IMG/VR virus record: IMGVR_UViG_3300027732_000025
Location: 1-56,627 of that record
Length of the DNA: 56,627 nucleotides
Origin: a virus
Taxonomy: Duplodnaviria; Caudoviricetes
Reading direction: 5' to 3' (one strand)
The position numbers and the translations under genes were made by a program. Numbering within the stretch: position 1 is the stretch's first letter; each line of letters begins with the position of its first letter. The notes beneath the pieces are model-generated. The model saw only the letters and a list, made by a program, of their open reading frames with translations, did no database searches and was not told the DNA's origin. Positions 28,917 through 36,347 of the stretch are shown piece by piece.

Positions 28917-29089
28917 GAGGATAGTTCCCGTTCCGAACGGGAACTATCCAGTCGTTCGATCTCATTCGCTGCTTCTTCTAGGAGATCAGCGATTCGATCT
29001 GGTTCACCTTCCTGTACACTCTTGCGAGTAAGTATCTTTCGCCGAATCTCAGCACGTTTCCGCAGTCGGTAGACTAGGTCTTCACTCAT
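28913..29089 (-). CDS. small hypothetical protein
   Basis: not in the ORF track; MSEDLVYRLRKRAEIRR...DLLEEAA; ATGA coupling. Confidence 0.55.
   Translation of the reverse strand: MSEDLVYRLRKRAEIRRKILTRKSVQEGEPDRIADLLEEAANEIERLDSSRSERELSS
28919..28950. terminator. perfect hairpin between convergent genes
   Basis: ggatagttcccgtt/aacgggaactatcc. Confidence 0.65.
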
Positions 29090-29283
29090 TCTACTCCGAA
29101 GTATCGCTTGATAAGTTGACCATCATACACTGGTTCATAGTGTTTCTCAATAACAAGGCAGCATTCCTGTAGGATCAACTCGGCGAACTTTTCTGCTACA
29201 TGCAGATGAGTTGTTTCGAATTGTTTTTCCTTACCAGCTGCGACCATTGCAGTGTCATAGAGTTGTCGTATTTTTTCGTTCAT
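29086..29283 (-). CDS. small protein, paralog A
   Basis: MNE.I..L...FAELI..EC...FGVE. Confidence 0.6.
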   Translation of the reverse strand: MNEKIRQLYDTAMVAAGKEKQFETTHLHVAEKFAELILQECCLVIEKHYEPVYDGQLIKRYFGVE

Positions 29284-29483
29284 TCTTCAACTCCGAAATG
29301 TTTCAGTACATATGAGCCAGCAGTATCATACTGATGAGCATTCATTGTTGCGATATCAGCACATTCCCGCACAATCAACTCAGCAAACTGACGCAAATCA
29401 AAATCACCGATATACTCACGATCAGATGCGTGTTCTTTCTTGAGACCTGCTTGTTTGGCCAATTCTAGAATACGTTCGTTCAT
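29280..29483 (-). CDS. small protein, paralog B
   Basis: MNERI.EL...FAELIVREC...HFGVEE. Confidence 0.6.
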   Translation of the reverse strand: MNERILELAKQAGLKKEHASDREYIGDFDLRQFAELIVRECADIATMNAHQYDTAGSYVLKHFGVEE

Positions 29484-29692
29484 CACATCTTCTCCCACAT
29501 TAGGGCATATGGGTCGGACCCGCGCTCACGAACATCAATCTGCCTTGTCTTCACTTTACACCTACGATATACTGACAATGCACGTTGAAAATTTGGAGTG
29601 ATAAGGAAATTCCTGAAGCCACCTCCGCGCGTATTCTTCCAAAATCCAGTGGCGACGTAGTACCTCTTTTTAGGATAGCAGTACATCACCAT
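29483..29692 (-). CDS. hypothetical protein
   Basis: coupled ORF. Confidence 0.45.
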   Translation of the reverse strand: MVMYCYPKKRYYVATGFWKNTRGGGFRNFLITPNFQRALSVYRRCKVKTRQIDVRERGSDPYALMWEKM

Positions 29693-29973
29693 TTTGGTTC
29701 TTCCTCCAGATCATTCTTCAATCTTTTATGGAAGGTTTCTTGACCATCATCACCAGAAACCAGCCAATCAATGCGGTGTGCATAGATAATAGCCTTCTTC
29801 AAATGATCTAGTCCAATCTCGAATTCTTTGATAGTTTCTTTGGAGTAATGGCGTCCAATGGGATAATCATACGGATCGAGTGTATCAGAATTATTACTTA
29901 GAATCAACTGCTCGATTTCATCCGCAATACGCTGAATACGATACTGTTCATAATTAAAATGACCACCAGACAT
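29686..29973 (-). CDS. conserved hypothetical protein
   Basis: MSGGHF.Y.Q...RIDWL.SGDDG; GGAG RBS. Confidence 0.65.
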   Translation of the reverse strand: MSGGHFNYEQYRIQRIADEIEQLILSNNSDTLDPYDYPIGRHYSKETIKEFEIGLDHLKKAIIYAHRIDWLVSGDDGQETFHKRLKNDLEEEPKW

Positions 29974-29982
29974 ATTGTCTCC

Positions 29983-30246
29983 TTACTTGGCTACTACTTT
30001 ATCCATAACAGGTTTGAACTCTTTCTGAATTGCCTCGATGCACATTTCTGCACCACTCAGTTCTTTGAGAGACATATCCTTCTTTTGTTTGGACATAATG
30101 TAGATACACTCAGTCACGACGAACATCGTGTACCTGAACAGCTCCTTATCATCAAAGCAATGGATATCGCCTTTGGTGACTTCGGAGTATGGGTTATGGG
30201 GATTCGTCAGCGAAAGAAACGCAAAGTGCTTGAGGTGCTCTTCCAT
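29983..30246 (-). CDS. hypothetical protein
   Basis: ORF in early cluster. Confidence 0.5.
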   Translation of the reverse strand: MEEHLKHFAFLSLTNPHNPYSEVTKGDIHCFDDKELFRYTMFVVTECIYIMSKQKKDMSLKELSGAEMCIEAIQKEFKPVMDKVVAK

Positions 30247-30247
30247 A

Positions 30248-30472
30248 TTAAATCCGATCAAGTTGGACAGTCATACCTTCCCACGTACCAGCGATGCCAT
30301 TGGCTTTAGCAGTTGGCATCGGAGCAAAGTATTTACGAACTACTGGAGTCTCCAGGCAGACAAGTGCCTTCTGGAGAGCAGCATTGGTTTCGTAATGATC
30401 ACCGATACCATTACGGATGGCCTTGGTAGTAGAGAAGAAATGCACACCATTCACAATTACGCGGAACTTCAT
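30248..30472 (-). CDS. early hypothetical protein
   Basis: AAGGAG RBS before MKFRVIVNG. Confidence 0.55.
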   Translation of the reverse strand: MKFRVIVNGVHFFSTTKAIRNGIGDHYETNAALQKALVCLETPVVRKYFAPMPTAKANGIAGTWEGMTVQLDRI

Positions 30473-30482
30473 AATATACTCC

Positions 30483-30674
30483 TTAACGATAGCCAACAAG
30501 AGGGAATGCCTTCGTTACGATGGCAGTAGTCGGGCAACGATATGTCAGAACATCCCTGCCCTGAATATCTTCCTCGCAACCATCGATGCGGATCTCACCA
30601 GCCAGGTGCTCATCACCACAGGCGCAGCACCGAATATAGTGCACTGGCACAGCGACGATCTCAAATTCTTCCAT
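30483..30674 (-). CDS. small Zn-ribbon-like early protein
   Basis: CxxC...H...C; first ORF after a cassette. Confidence 0.55.
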   Translation of the reverse strand: MEEFEIVAVPVHYIRCCACGDEHLAGEIRIDGCEEDIQGRDVLTYRCPTTAIVTKAFPLVGYR

Positions 30675-30686
30675 AATTTACCTCAT

Positions 30687-30731
30687 TTCGTTTCGATAAG
30701 TTATTATACCTCGAAACTGAATAAAAGTAAA
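30687..30731 (-). promoter_or_regulatory. early promoter/stem-loop cassette
   Basis: same core as other copies. Confidence 0.82.
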
Positions 30732-30732
30732 T

Positions 30733-30826
30733 TAGTTCCGGTTACTTTATCCGGAGCCAACTGACGAGTGGCAGTGTAATTACTCGGACGCCTGTTACCG
30801 TAGCGTCAAACAGCCCTAAGGTGGGA
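30733..30826 (-). ncRNA. candidate structured non-coding RNA
   Basis: GC-rich intergenic segment with four successive stems (CCC/GGG, GACGC/GCGTC, CGAGT/ACTCG, TCCGG/CCGGA). Confidence 0.4.
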
Positions 30827-31018
30827 TTATGCGCCGACTACTTCGTCAGCGACTTCAACTGGTTGCTCTGGTGGCATCTGCCCCAAAGCCTGCGCACGGA
30901 TCTTAGCAATAAGATCCGACACAACACTATACTGTCCTGCTGCCAATGCGCTCAGAACAACATTGACTTCTTCAAGATTAAGAGCCAGATTAAATTCAAA
31001 CACTTTCTTGTCTTCCAT
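30827..31018 (-). CDS. small hypothetical protein
   Basis: GAGG RBS; 63 aa. Confidence 0.6.
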   Translation of the reverse strand: MEDKKVFEFNLALNLEEVNVVLSALAAGQYSVVSDLIAKIRAQALGQMPPEQPVEVADEVVGA

Positions 31019-31041
31019 GTTTTACCTCAGTAGTTAATAGT

Positions 31042-31512
31042 TTAGTTTGGTAGAATGGTCTTGATTCTGTCAGCACAAATACTAGCTGCCCAGGAATTTG
31101 GCTTCACAACAGGATCAATTCCACACACACCCTTTATATAGCCCACTGCCTCATTGAGAGCACAGGAACTTCCGTGTATTTCCAGAGGATTGATATCTAG
31201 ATGTAACTCTACATGTTTATCCTCAAGAAAATCTGCACACTTTAGATACAACTCAGCGATCTTCATCACCTCTGTCATAAGTCTCATCTTCGGACGGTCA
31301 AGTCTCTTATCATATTCGCGTTCACGATGCACTTCACCGAATACCTTGGCTCCATGTTTTCCATCAATGTGAATCGCAACTACCAAAAGGTAATCTACCA
31401 TCCATACATCATTTACATTAATTCTTTCAGAGTCTGCCCCGAAATAAATCCTAGTAGTTTCTGATTGAGATTCAATAAAATCTTTTAGTTCACCCAAGTC
31501 AATTGTCATCAT
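31042..31512 (-). CDS. RNase H-like YkuK (DUF458) protein
   Basis: IY.G.DS, RLM.EV, E.HLDIN, KP.S.AAS..AD. Confidence 0.8.
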   Translation of the reverse strand: MMTIDLGELKDFIESQSETTRIYFGADSERINVNDVWMVDYLLVVAIHIDGKHGAKVFGEVHREREYDKRLDRPKMRLMTEVMKIAELYLKCADFLEDKHVELHLDINPLEIHGSSCALNEAVGYIKGVCGIDPVVKPNSWAASICADRIKTILPN

Positions 31513-31514
31513 AC

Positions 31515-31559
31515 TTTGCTAATCTCATCGTAATCTCATCACAATTTGCTAATCTCATC
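31515..31559. repeat. short direct repeats
   Basis: taatctcatc at 31520, 31531 and 31550; tttgctaatctcatc twice, 30 bp apart. Confidence 0.7.
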
Positions 31560-32559
31560 AGACAGAAATCAGGTTCGTCTTGAATATATTCCAGCATTCT
31601 TGCCAAGACCACTTGCTACTTGATTTCTCAACAGAATCTCGATTGAGTAATAAACACCAATCGACATTCTCAGCAAGATCTTCACCCATAAATCCGTTAA
31701 CACCAGGTTCAATAATATCAATTGGGCCAGGAACTTTATATGCTGCTACTGGAGTTCCCATTGATAATGATTCGATTATAACGATGCCGAAAGTATCAAC
31801 CCTACTCGTAAAGACAAACACATCTGCATTGGCATAATACTTAGCCAGTTCTGTTCCTCGTTTCGTACCGACGAACTGCACATCTGGGTACTTAGCCTGT
31901 AGTTCTTTTCGCATTGGACCATCACCAACTACGATCTTAGTAGCACCTGGAAAGTCAAGATTACAGAAATCCTCGATACCTTTTTCTTTGCTAACCCTAC
32001 CTACACTCAGTAACACCTTACCATTATACTCTGATCGAAGAGATTTGTCAAATATAGTTCTGTCAACTCCGCGAGTCCATGTGATTATTCTAGAGCCGAA
32101 TTCATGTTCTTCCAGTTCCTGGACCATGGTCTTTGTGGTGGTTAGAACTTTACCACTGTGTTTGTGGAACCAGCGAAAGTATTTGTAACTGATACATTCT
32201 GGAATACCATACAACTTCTTCAGGAACTCCGGAAACTTTGTATGATAACTTGTGTTGTACTTTACTTTCTTACTATCCAAGTAACAGCGAGCAAAAAATC
32301 CGATAGGACCTTCCGTAGCGATGTGGATATAATCTGGAGATATGCTCTCAATCTTTTCCGCAATCTTAAACGGGAATGAGAGTTTAATGTCAGCATAGCC
32401 AGGACAGTTAATATAATTAAACTGCCTGGGATCAAGATAAACAATATCAAACCCATCGCGATCAGCATACGTTTCAATGTTTTTGAAAGTAGTAACGACG
32501 CCATTTATTTGGTCCGGTAAGTTATCAGTGATAATAAGAATTGTCTTACGGTCATTCAT
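31558..32559 (-). CDS. GT4 glycosyltransferase (Agt-like glycolipid synthase)
   Basis: TD...QINGVV, IHIATEGPIG, YHTKFPE, VGRVSKEK, DTFGIV..E. Confidence 0.85.
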   Translation of the reverse strand: MNDRKTILIITDNLPDQINGVVTTFKNIETYADRDGFDIVYLDPRQFNYINCPGYADIKLSFPFKIAEKIESISPDYIHIATEGPIGFFARCYLDSKKVKYNTSYHTKFPEFLKKLYGIPECISYKYFRWFHKHSGKVLTTTKTMVQELEEHEFGSRIITWTRGVDRTIFDKSLRSEYNGKVLLSVGRVSKEKGIEDFCNLDFPGATKIVVGDGPMRKELQAKYPDVQFVGTKRGTELAKYYANADVFVFTSRVDTFGIVIIESLSMGTPVAAYKVPGPIDIIEPGVNGFMGEDLAENVDWCLLLNRDSVEKSSSKWSWQECWNIFKTNLISV

Positions 32560-33307
32560 CGTGAGGAGTCCACATAATTATTTCCCAGGTTCCATCATGA
32601 TGCTCTACTAATGCAGTGCACGATTCTACCCAGTCACCATCATTCATATAAACAACGCCATCGATAGTTTTGATTTCTGCGTGGTGTATATGCCCACAGA
32701 TAACACCATCAAACCCTCTTTTGGCGCAGTACTTCGCGATATTCTTTTCAAAGTGGAAAACAAAATCAATTGCTTTCTTTACTCTATACTTTAGGAATCT
32801 ACTCAGACTCCAATAACCAAATCCAAGTTTTCTTCTTGCCCAGTTTAATCTGGTGTTCGCACTAAGAATAAAATCATATGCACGATCACCGAGGAATGAG
32901 ATCCAAGGAGCTAGTCTGGTAATACCATCGAATAGATCACCATGGACTACGAGGTATTTCTTACCATCAACCCCAATGTGTTCATACTGATTGGCTATCT
33001 CTACAAGACCAAACCCAATGTTATACGAAAGAAGTGGTCTTAAGAATTCGTCATGGTTTCCAGCAATGTATATTACCTTCGTTCCATCCTTTGAACAACC
33101 GAGGATTCTCCGAATAACATTAGTATGGGTTTGTTTCCAACGCCACTTGTTTTGTTGAATCCTCCAACCATCGATAATGTCACCGACGAGGTATAGAGTT
33201 TCGCAGCTGTTGTTCTTTAGGAAATCATTAAGTGTCGCTGCCTTGCAGTCTTTCGTGCCCAAGTGCACGTCTGATATGAATATACTTTTGTATTTTGGAA
33301 TAGTCAT
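32552..33307 (-). CDS. plcP: PlcP-like metallophosphoesterase (LpxH-like family)
   Basis: SDVHLG, GDIIDGW, GNHD, HGD, CGHIH, NDGDWVESCTALVE; paired with GT4. Confidence 0.75.
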   Translation of the reverse strand: MTIPKYKSIFISDVHLGTKDCKAATLNDFLKNNSCETLYLVGDIIDGWRIQQNKWRWKQTHTNVIRRILGCSKDGTKVIYIAGNHDEFLRPLLSYNIGFGLVEIANQYEHIGVDGKKYLVVHGDLFDGITRLAPWISFLGDRAYDFILSANTRLNWARRKLGFGYWSLSRFLKYRVKKAIDFVFHFEKNIAKYCAKRGFDGVICGHIHHAEIKTIDGVVYMNDGDWVESCTALVEHHDGTWEIIMWTPHDE

Positions 33308-33312
33308 ACGTT

Positions 33313-33320
33313 TATTTATA
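33313..33320 (-). promoter_or_regulatory. consensus T4 late promoter TATAAATA
   Basis: 5 nt upstream of the plcP ATG; no RBS, so possibly leaderless. Confidence 0.65.
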
Positions 33321-33323
33321 AGT

Positions 33324-33410
33324 GGTGGGTTATTCTGTTACGAGGAAACCCACCGAAACCCTAAGCAGTAATTAGGCTGCTAATGCGAACTCGCTCGCAA
33401 GCATTCATTT
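33324..33410 (-). pseudogene. displaced tmRNA tag/3' module (...EFALAA* plus terminal stem)
   Basis: GAG TTC GCA TTA GCA GCC TAA, then a GGTGGGTT/AACCCACC stem with an AACAGAA loop mirroring the intact tmRNA. Confidence 0.7.
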
Positions 33411-33452
33411 TTACTAAATAATAGTGTAAGATACATTTAAATGGAGATAATA

Positions 33453-33947
33453 ATGACAGTGCATTTCGTATATATGTGGTTCGATAAAAGTAGAAAAATG
33501 TTCTATGTCGGTCAACATTCTGGGTCATATGATGACACATATACAACATCATCAAGATGGTTATATGGAGAAATAAAATATAGACCCAAAGATTTCAAAC
33601 GAAGAATCATAAAAACATTCACAACTAAAAACGAAGCACAACGATATGAAGGGTATTTATTATCCCTTATTTCAGAAAATGAATGGAGTGTAAAATACTA
33701 CAACTCCAAACAAGGAAAACCAAAGGGAATAAAACCTTGGAATGCTGGAAAGAAACAATCTCCAGAACATAATAAAAAGATATCAGATTCTAGAAAAGGT
33801 AAACCAACAACTAAAGGTAGAACAAACCCACTAGCAGCAGAAAACGCGCGAAAAGGTGCTGCAAAACTTTCCGCAAAAGCAACTGGCAGAAAACTCGCTA
33901 CACGAGAAAACGGAACCAGATACTGGATATATCCCGAAGCCAGTTGA
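33453..33947 (+). mobile_element. free-standing GIY-YIG homing endonuclease with NUMOD3-like motif
   Basis: FVY...FYVGQH...Y..S, E, YYN; PWN.GKK.S.EH..KIS; AT-rich; opposite strand; ACTAAATA promoter at 33413-33420; GGAG RBS before the 33453 ATG. Confidence 0.82.
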
Positions 33948-34107
33948 TTCTGTTTCCAAGTTCAACTGGCAAAACTCAGATGGTGCTTACGCTGCCATCA
34001 AAAATGCGTTATCGTTTGCATTTATTTTGATTTGCTTGATTTACAGTCATCGCCTACTGGATCGTCCATGCATATACTTTTCGCCCTGTCGAAACCTTGT
34101 CAGCCCC
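33939..34107 (-). ncRNA. ssrA: tmRNA coding piece (permuted gene), tag ANDNAFLMAA at 34019-33987
   Basis: 5' GGGGCTGA..TTCGAC; ATAAAT-GCA resume context; tag ends AA-stop; terminal GCCAGTTGA/TCAACTGGC stem. Confidence 0.88.
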
Positions 34108-34119
34108 ATCAAAAGTATA

Positions 34120-34272
34120 CTAGATTATTGTATCTTCACCAACAACAAAGATTTTCCAAGTAGGATGCTTCTTTGAGAGAAGCAATGCTATATCTACGAG
34201 AAATTCTTTGTTCTTGCTTCTCTTCTTCACATAAGTTGAATATCGAGTCTTTACAACAATTTTATATTTCAT
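34120..34272 (-). CDS. 50-aa basic ORF inside the tmRNA intervening segment
   Basis: MKYKIVVKTRYSTYVKKRSKNKEFLVDIALLLSKKHPTWKIFVVGEDTII fills most of the 175-nt spacer; no clear RBS. Confidence 0.4.
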   Translation of the reverse strand: MKYKIVVKTRYSTYVKKRSKNKEFLVDIALLLSKKHPTWKIFVVGEDTII

Positions 34273-34282
34273 AATATACTTT

Positions 34283-34346
34283 TGGTGGAGCTGGCGGGAA
34301 TCGAACCCGCGTCCAGAACTCATTTCTAATTACTTCATACGATCAT
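34283..34346 (-). ncRNA. ssrA: tmRNA acceptor piece (T-arm plus CCA)
   Basis: GACGCGGGTTCGATTCCCGCCAGCTCCACCA pairs with GGGGCTG (G3.U); GTTCTG/CAGGGC and GATCGT/ACGATC inter-piece helices. Confidence 0.88.
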
Positions 34347-34426
34347 AACTTTACTTCGTTAGGTGTAAAAACCCAATGAATACTAAAAACAAAATCAGAA
34401 AAAACAATTCAAGCATAGTAACTCCT

Positions 34427-34585
34427 TTACCAATGTCTAATTATACCTGCAATAATAAAAATGTTTGTAGTAACATAAACCACGACGATAAGAGTTCTGA
34501 ACATAGCCACAACATCAGCATCTGAATCAGTTTTCCCTTGTTTCTCGCCAAGAGCCTTAGCCCACAAACTCCACAATTTCTTCAT
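34427..34585 (-). CDS. small membrane protein
   Basis: not in the ORF track; MKKLWSLWAKALGEK...IIAGIIRHW. Confidence 0.6.
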   Translation of the reverse strand: MKKLWSLWAKALGEKQGKTDSDADVVAMFRTLIVVVYVTTNIFIIAGIIRHW

Positions 34586-34597
34586 AATAACTCACTC

Positions 34598-34685
34598 TGG
34601 AGGAAGATGTGAGATTCGAACTCACGGACCCTTTCGAGTCTTCAGTTTTCAAGACTGACGCATTCGACCACTCTGCCAATCTTCC
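34598..34685 (-). tRNA. tRNA-Ser(UGA)
   Basis: cloverleaf, long variable arm, encoded CCA. Confidence 0.93.
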
Positions 34686-34692
34686 TTATAAA

Positions 34693-34767
34693 TGGTACCT
34701 TGTGACGGGTTCGAACCGCCGACCTTCTCCGTGTAAAGGAGACACTCTACCGCTGAGTTAACAAGGC
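34693..34767 (-). tRNA. tRNA-Val(UAC)
   Basis: cloverleaf, CCA. Confidence 0.93.
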
Positions 34768-35016
34768 TTATTCTTCGTAAACTGCCAACACATTATTCAT
34801 CGGAACTTTGTATGTGTTGAGTTCTAACTTGATCGTATCTGGCCAATGCACAAGTACACGATCACCGATCTTTACTTCATCAACATCAGATGCAACTGCG
34901 ATCACGATAGCGATCTCTGGCTCTTGTGAGTGCTGCAATACAATACCTGAATCAGTGACCTTAGAGCCTTCTGACACACGCACGATAATGTTGCCACTCA
35001 TTGGAATATAGTTCAT
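34768..35016 (-). CDS. groES: GroES-like co-chaperonin
   Basis: P....IIV, T.SGIVL, VIAV, VKIGDRV. Confidence 0.85.
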   Translation of the reverse strand: MNYIPMSGNIIVRVSEGSKVTDSGIVLQHSQEPEIAIVIAVASDVDEVKIGDRVLVHWPDTIKLELNTYKVPMNNVLAVYEE

Positions 35017-35035
35017 AATTTATCCTAATTAAAAA

Positions 35036-35109
35036 TGGAGCGGGATAGGGGAATCGGACCCCTGACCGAAGATTGGAAATCTGCTGTTATACCATTTAAC
35101 TAATCCCGC
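35036..35109 (-). tRNA. tRNA-Gly(UCC), non-canonical T-loop TCCGATT
   Basis: cloverleaf, U73, CCA. Confidence 0.85.
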
Positions 35110-35117
35110 ATTATATT

Positions 35118-35191
35118 TGGCATCCCCCGAGAGACTCGAACTCCCACCAAGGGTTTTGGAGACCCGTATGCTGCCATTACACTAGGGAGAC
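35118..35191 (-). tRNA. tRNA-Trp(CCA)
   Basis: anticodon loop CTCCAAA, G73, CCA. Confidence 0.9.
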
Positions 35192-35343
35192 ACTTTCTTT
35201 TCTTCTGTAACAACAGGAGTTGAATCCTGCTGTTGTTTATCTTCTTTCTGATCCTTACGAAAGATCATATCCCAGCGAGCAGCATATTCTTCATTGCTCA
35301 CGCTATATGGTCTTGGTGCAGATCCTTTACCACCATCACTCAT
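35182..35343 (-). CDS. small conserved hypothetical protein
   Basis: MSDGGKGSAPRP....EEY..RWD.IF; AAGGA RBS. Confidence 0.6.
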   Translation of the reverse strand: MSDGGKGSAPRPYSVSNEEYAARWDMIFRKDQKEDKQQQDSTPVVTEEKKVSP

Positions 35344-35359
35344 AATCATTCCTTTACAA

Positions 35360-35437
<78 letters not shown>

Positions 35438-35444
35438 TACGTTT

Positions 35445-35520
35445 TGGTGCCCCCACCATGATTCGAACACGGCACCTACTGATTACAAATCAGTTGCTCT
35501 ACCAAATGAGCTATAGGGGC
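35445..35520 (-). tRNA. tRNA-Thr(UGU)
   Basis: cloverleaf, CCA. Confidence 0.93.
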
Positions 35521-35527
35521 GAATGCT

Positions 35528-35701
35528 TTACCAGACGATTTCTTCCTTCGTCAACTTACGCAACCAGAGGTTGATTAAAGACAAAGCAGCTGTCTGCAGT
35601 TCTATACTAAACAGAAAACCGAATTCCATCTGCAGATAAATCGAAGCCATGGCAAAAATATTGAGCCAGACTGTCTTTGAGTAATACCATTTCTTTTGCA
35701 T
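35528..35701 (-). CDS. small two-TM protein, holin-like
   Basis: not in the ORF track; MQKKWYYSKTVWLN...INLWLRKLTKEEIVW. Confidence 0.55.
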   Translation of the reverse strand: MQKKWYYSKTVWLNIFAMASIYLQMEFGFLFSIELQTAALSLINLWLRKLTKEEIVW

Positions 35702-35717
35702 ATACATCCTTTAATTT

Positions 35718-35793
35718 TGGTGGAGGAGACAAGAATCGAACTTGCGACCTACTGCTTGCAAAGCAGTCGCTCTACCAATTGAGCTACACCCCC
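35718..35793 (-). tRNA. tRNA-Ala(UGC)
   Basis: G3.U70, CCA. Confidence 0.93.
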
Positions 35794-35799
35794 GATTGT

Positions 35800-36036
35800 T
35801 TACTTCGGCAGACTAAATGTCTGCTTTCTATTTAACTCTGCTTCATATGCCATACGACAATGATCTTTCTGTAAGAAGAACAGAGCATTGATCATCTTCT
35901 CAGCAATGAACCAAACTTTCTTGTCATGTAATCTGTATGAACGACTAGACAGAGTCTCATCTGCCCAACCACCCAATACTGCATTGGCTAGTTGATCTAC
36001 TGCTACTAGGACCTGAATAACGTATCCTCTTGCCAT
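35800..36036 (-). CDS. conserved phage hypothetical protein
   Basis: DQL.NA..GG..DETLSSR and HC...Y..E; GGAG RBS. Confidence 0.7.
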   Translation of the reverse strand: MARGYVIQVLVAVDQLANAVLGGWADETLSSRSYRLHDKKVWFIAEKMINALFFLQKDHCRMAYEAELNRKQTFSLPK

Positions 36037-36089
36037 TTTATTTCTCCGTTAATGGTACCAATGACCATTAGTATTTAACGTCTTTACGA

Positions 36090-36166
36090 TGGTGCGACCG
36101 GAGGGATTCGAACCCCCGACAGTTCGGGTAGAAGCCGAATACTCTATCCATCTGAGTTACGGTCGC
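36090..36166 (-). tRNA. tRNA-Arg(UCU)
   Basis: cloverleaf, A20, CCA. Confidence 0.93.
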
Positions 36167-36170
36167 GTAT

Positions 36171-36256
36171 TGGTGCGAGAGGCGGGACTCGAACCCGCAA
36201 TCCATGCGCGGCGATTGATTTTAAGTCAATTGTGTATACCATTCCACCACTCTCGC
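36171..36256 (-). tRNA. tRNA-Leu(UAA)
   Basis: long variable arm, CCA. Confidence 0.92.
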
Positions 36257-36260
36257 TAAT

Positions 36261-36336
36261 TGGCTCCTCAAGAAGGACTTGAACCTCCGACCCAGGCATT
36301 AACAGTGCCTTGCTCTACCGACTGAGCTATTGAGGA
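36261..36336 (-). tRNA. tRNA-Asn(GUU)
   Basis: cloverleaf, G73, CCA. Confidence 0.93.
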
Positions 36337-36347
36337 ATAGTATAGAA

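Noticed and set aside
30761-30790. Hammerhead ribozyme (CTGACGA)
   Set aside because: No GAAA after the putative stem II, so the core is incomplete
33410-33950. Group I intron around the endonuclease
   Set aside because: No room for, or sign of, P/Q/R/S core elements; the ORF is antisense to the tmRNA
34120-34323. 67-aa ORF start at 34323
   Set aside because: The first 17 codons are the tmRNA T-arm/acceptor; only the part from 34272 is plausible
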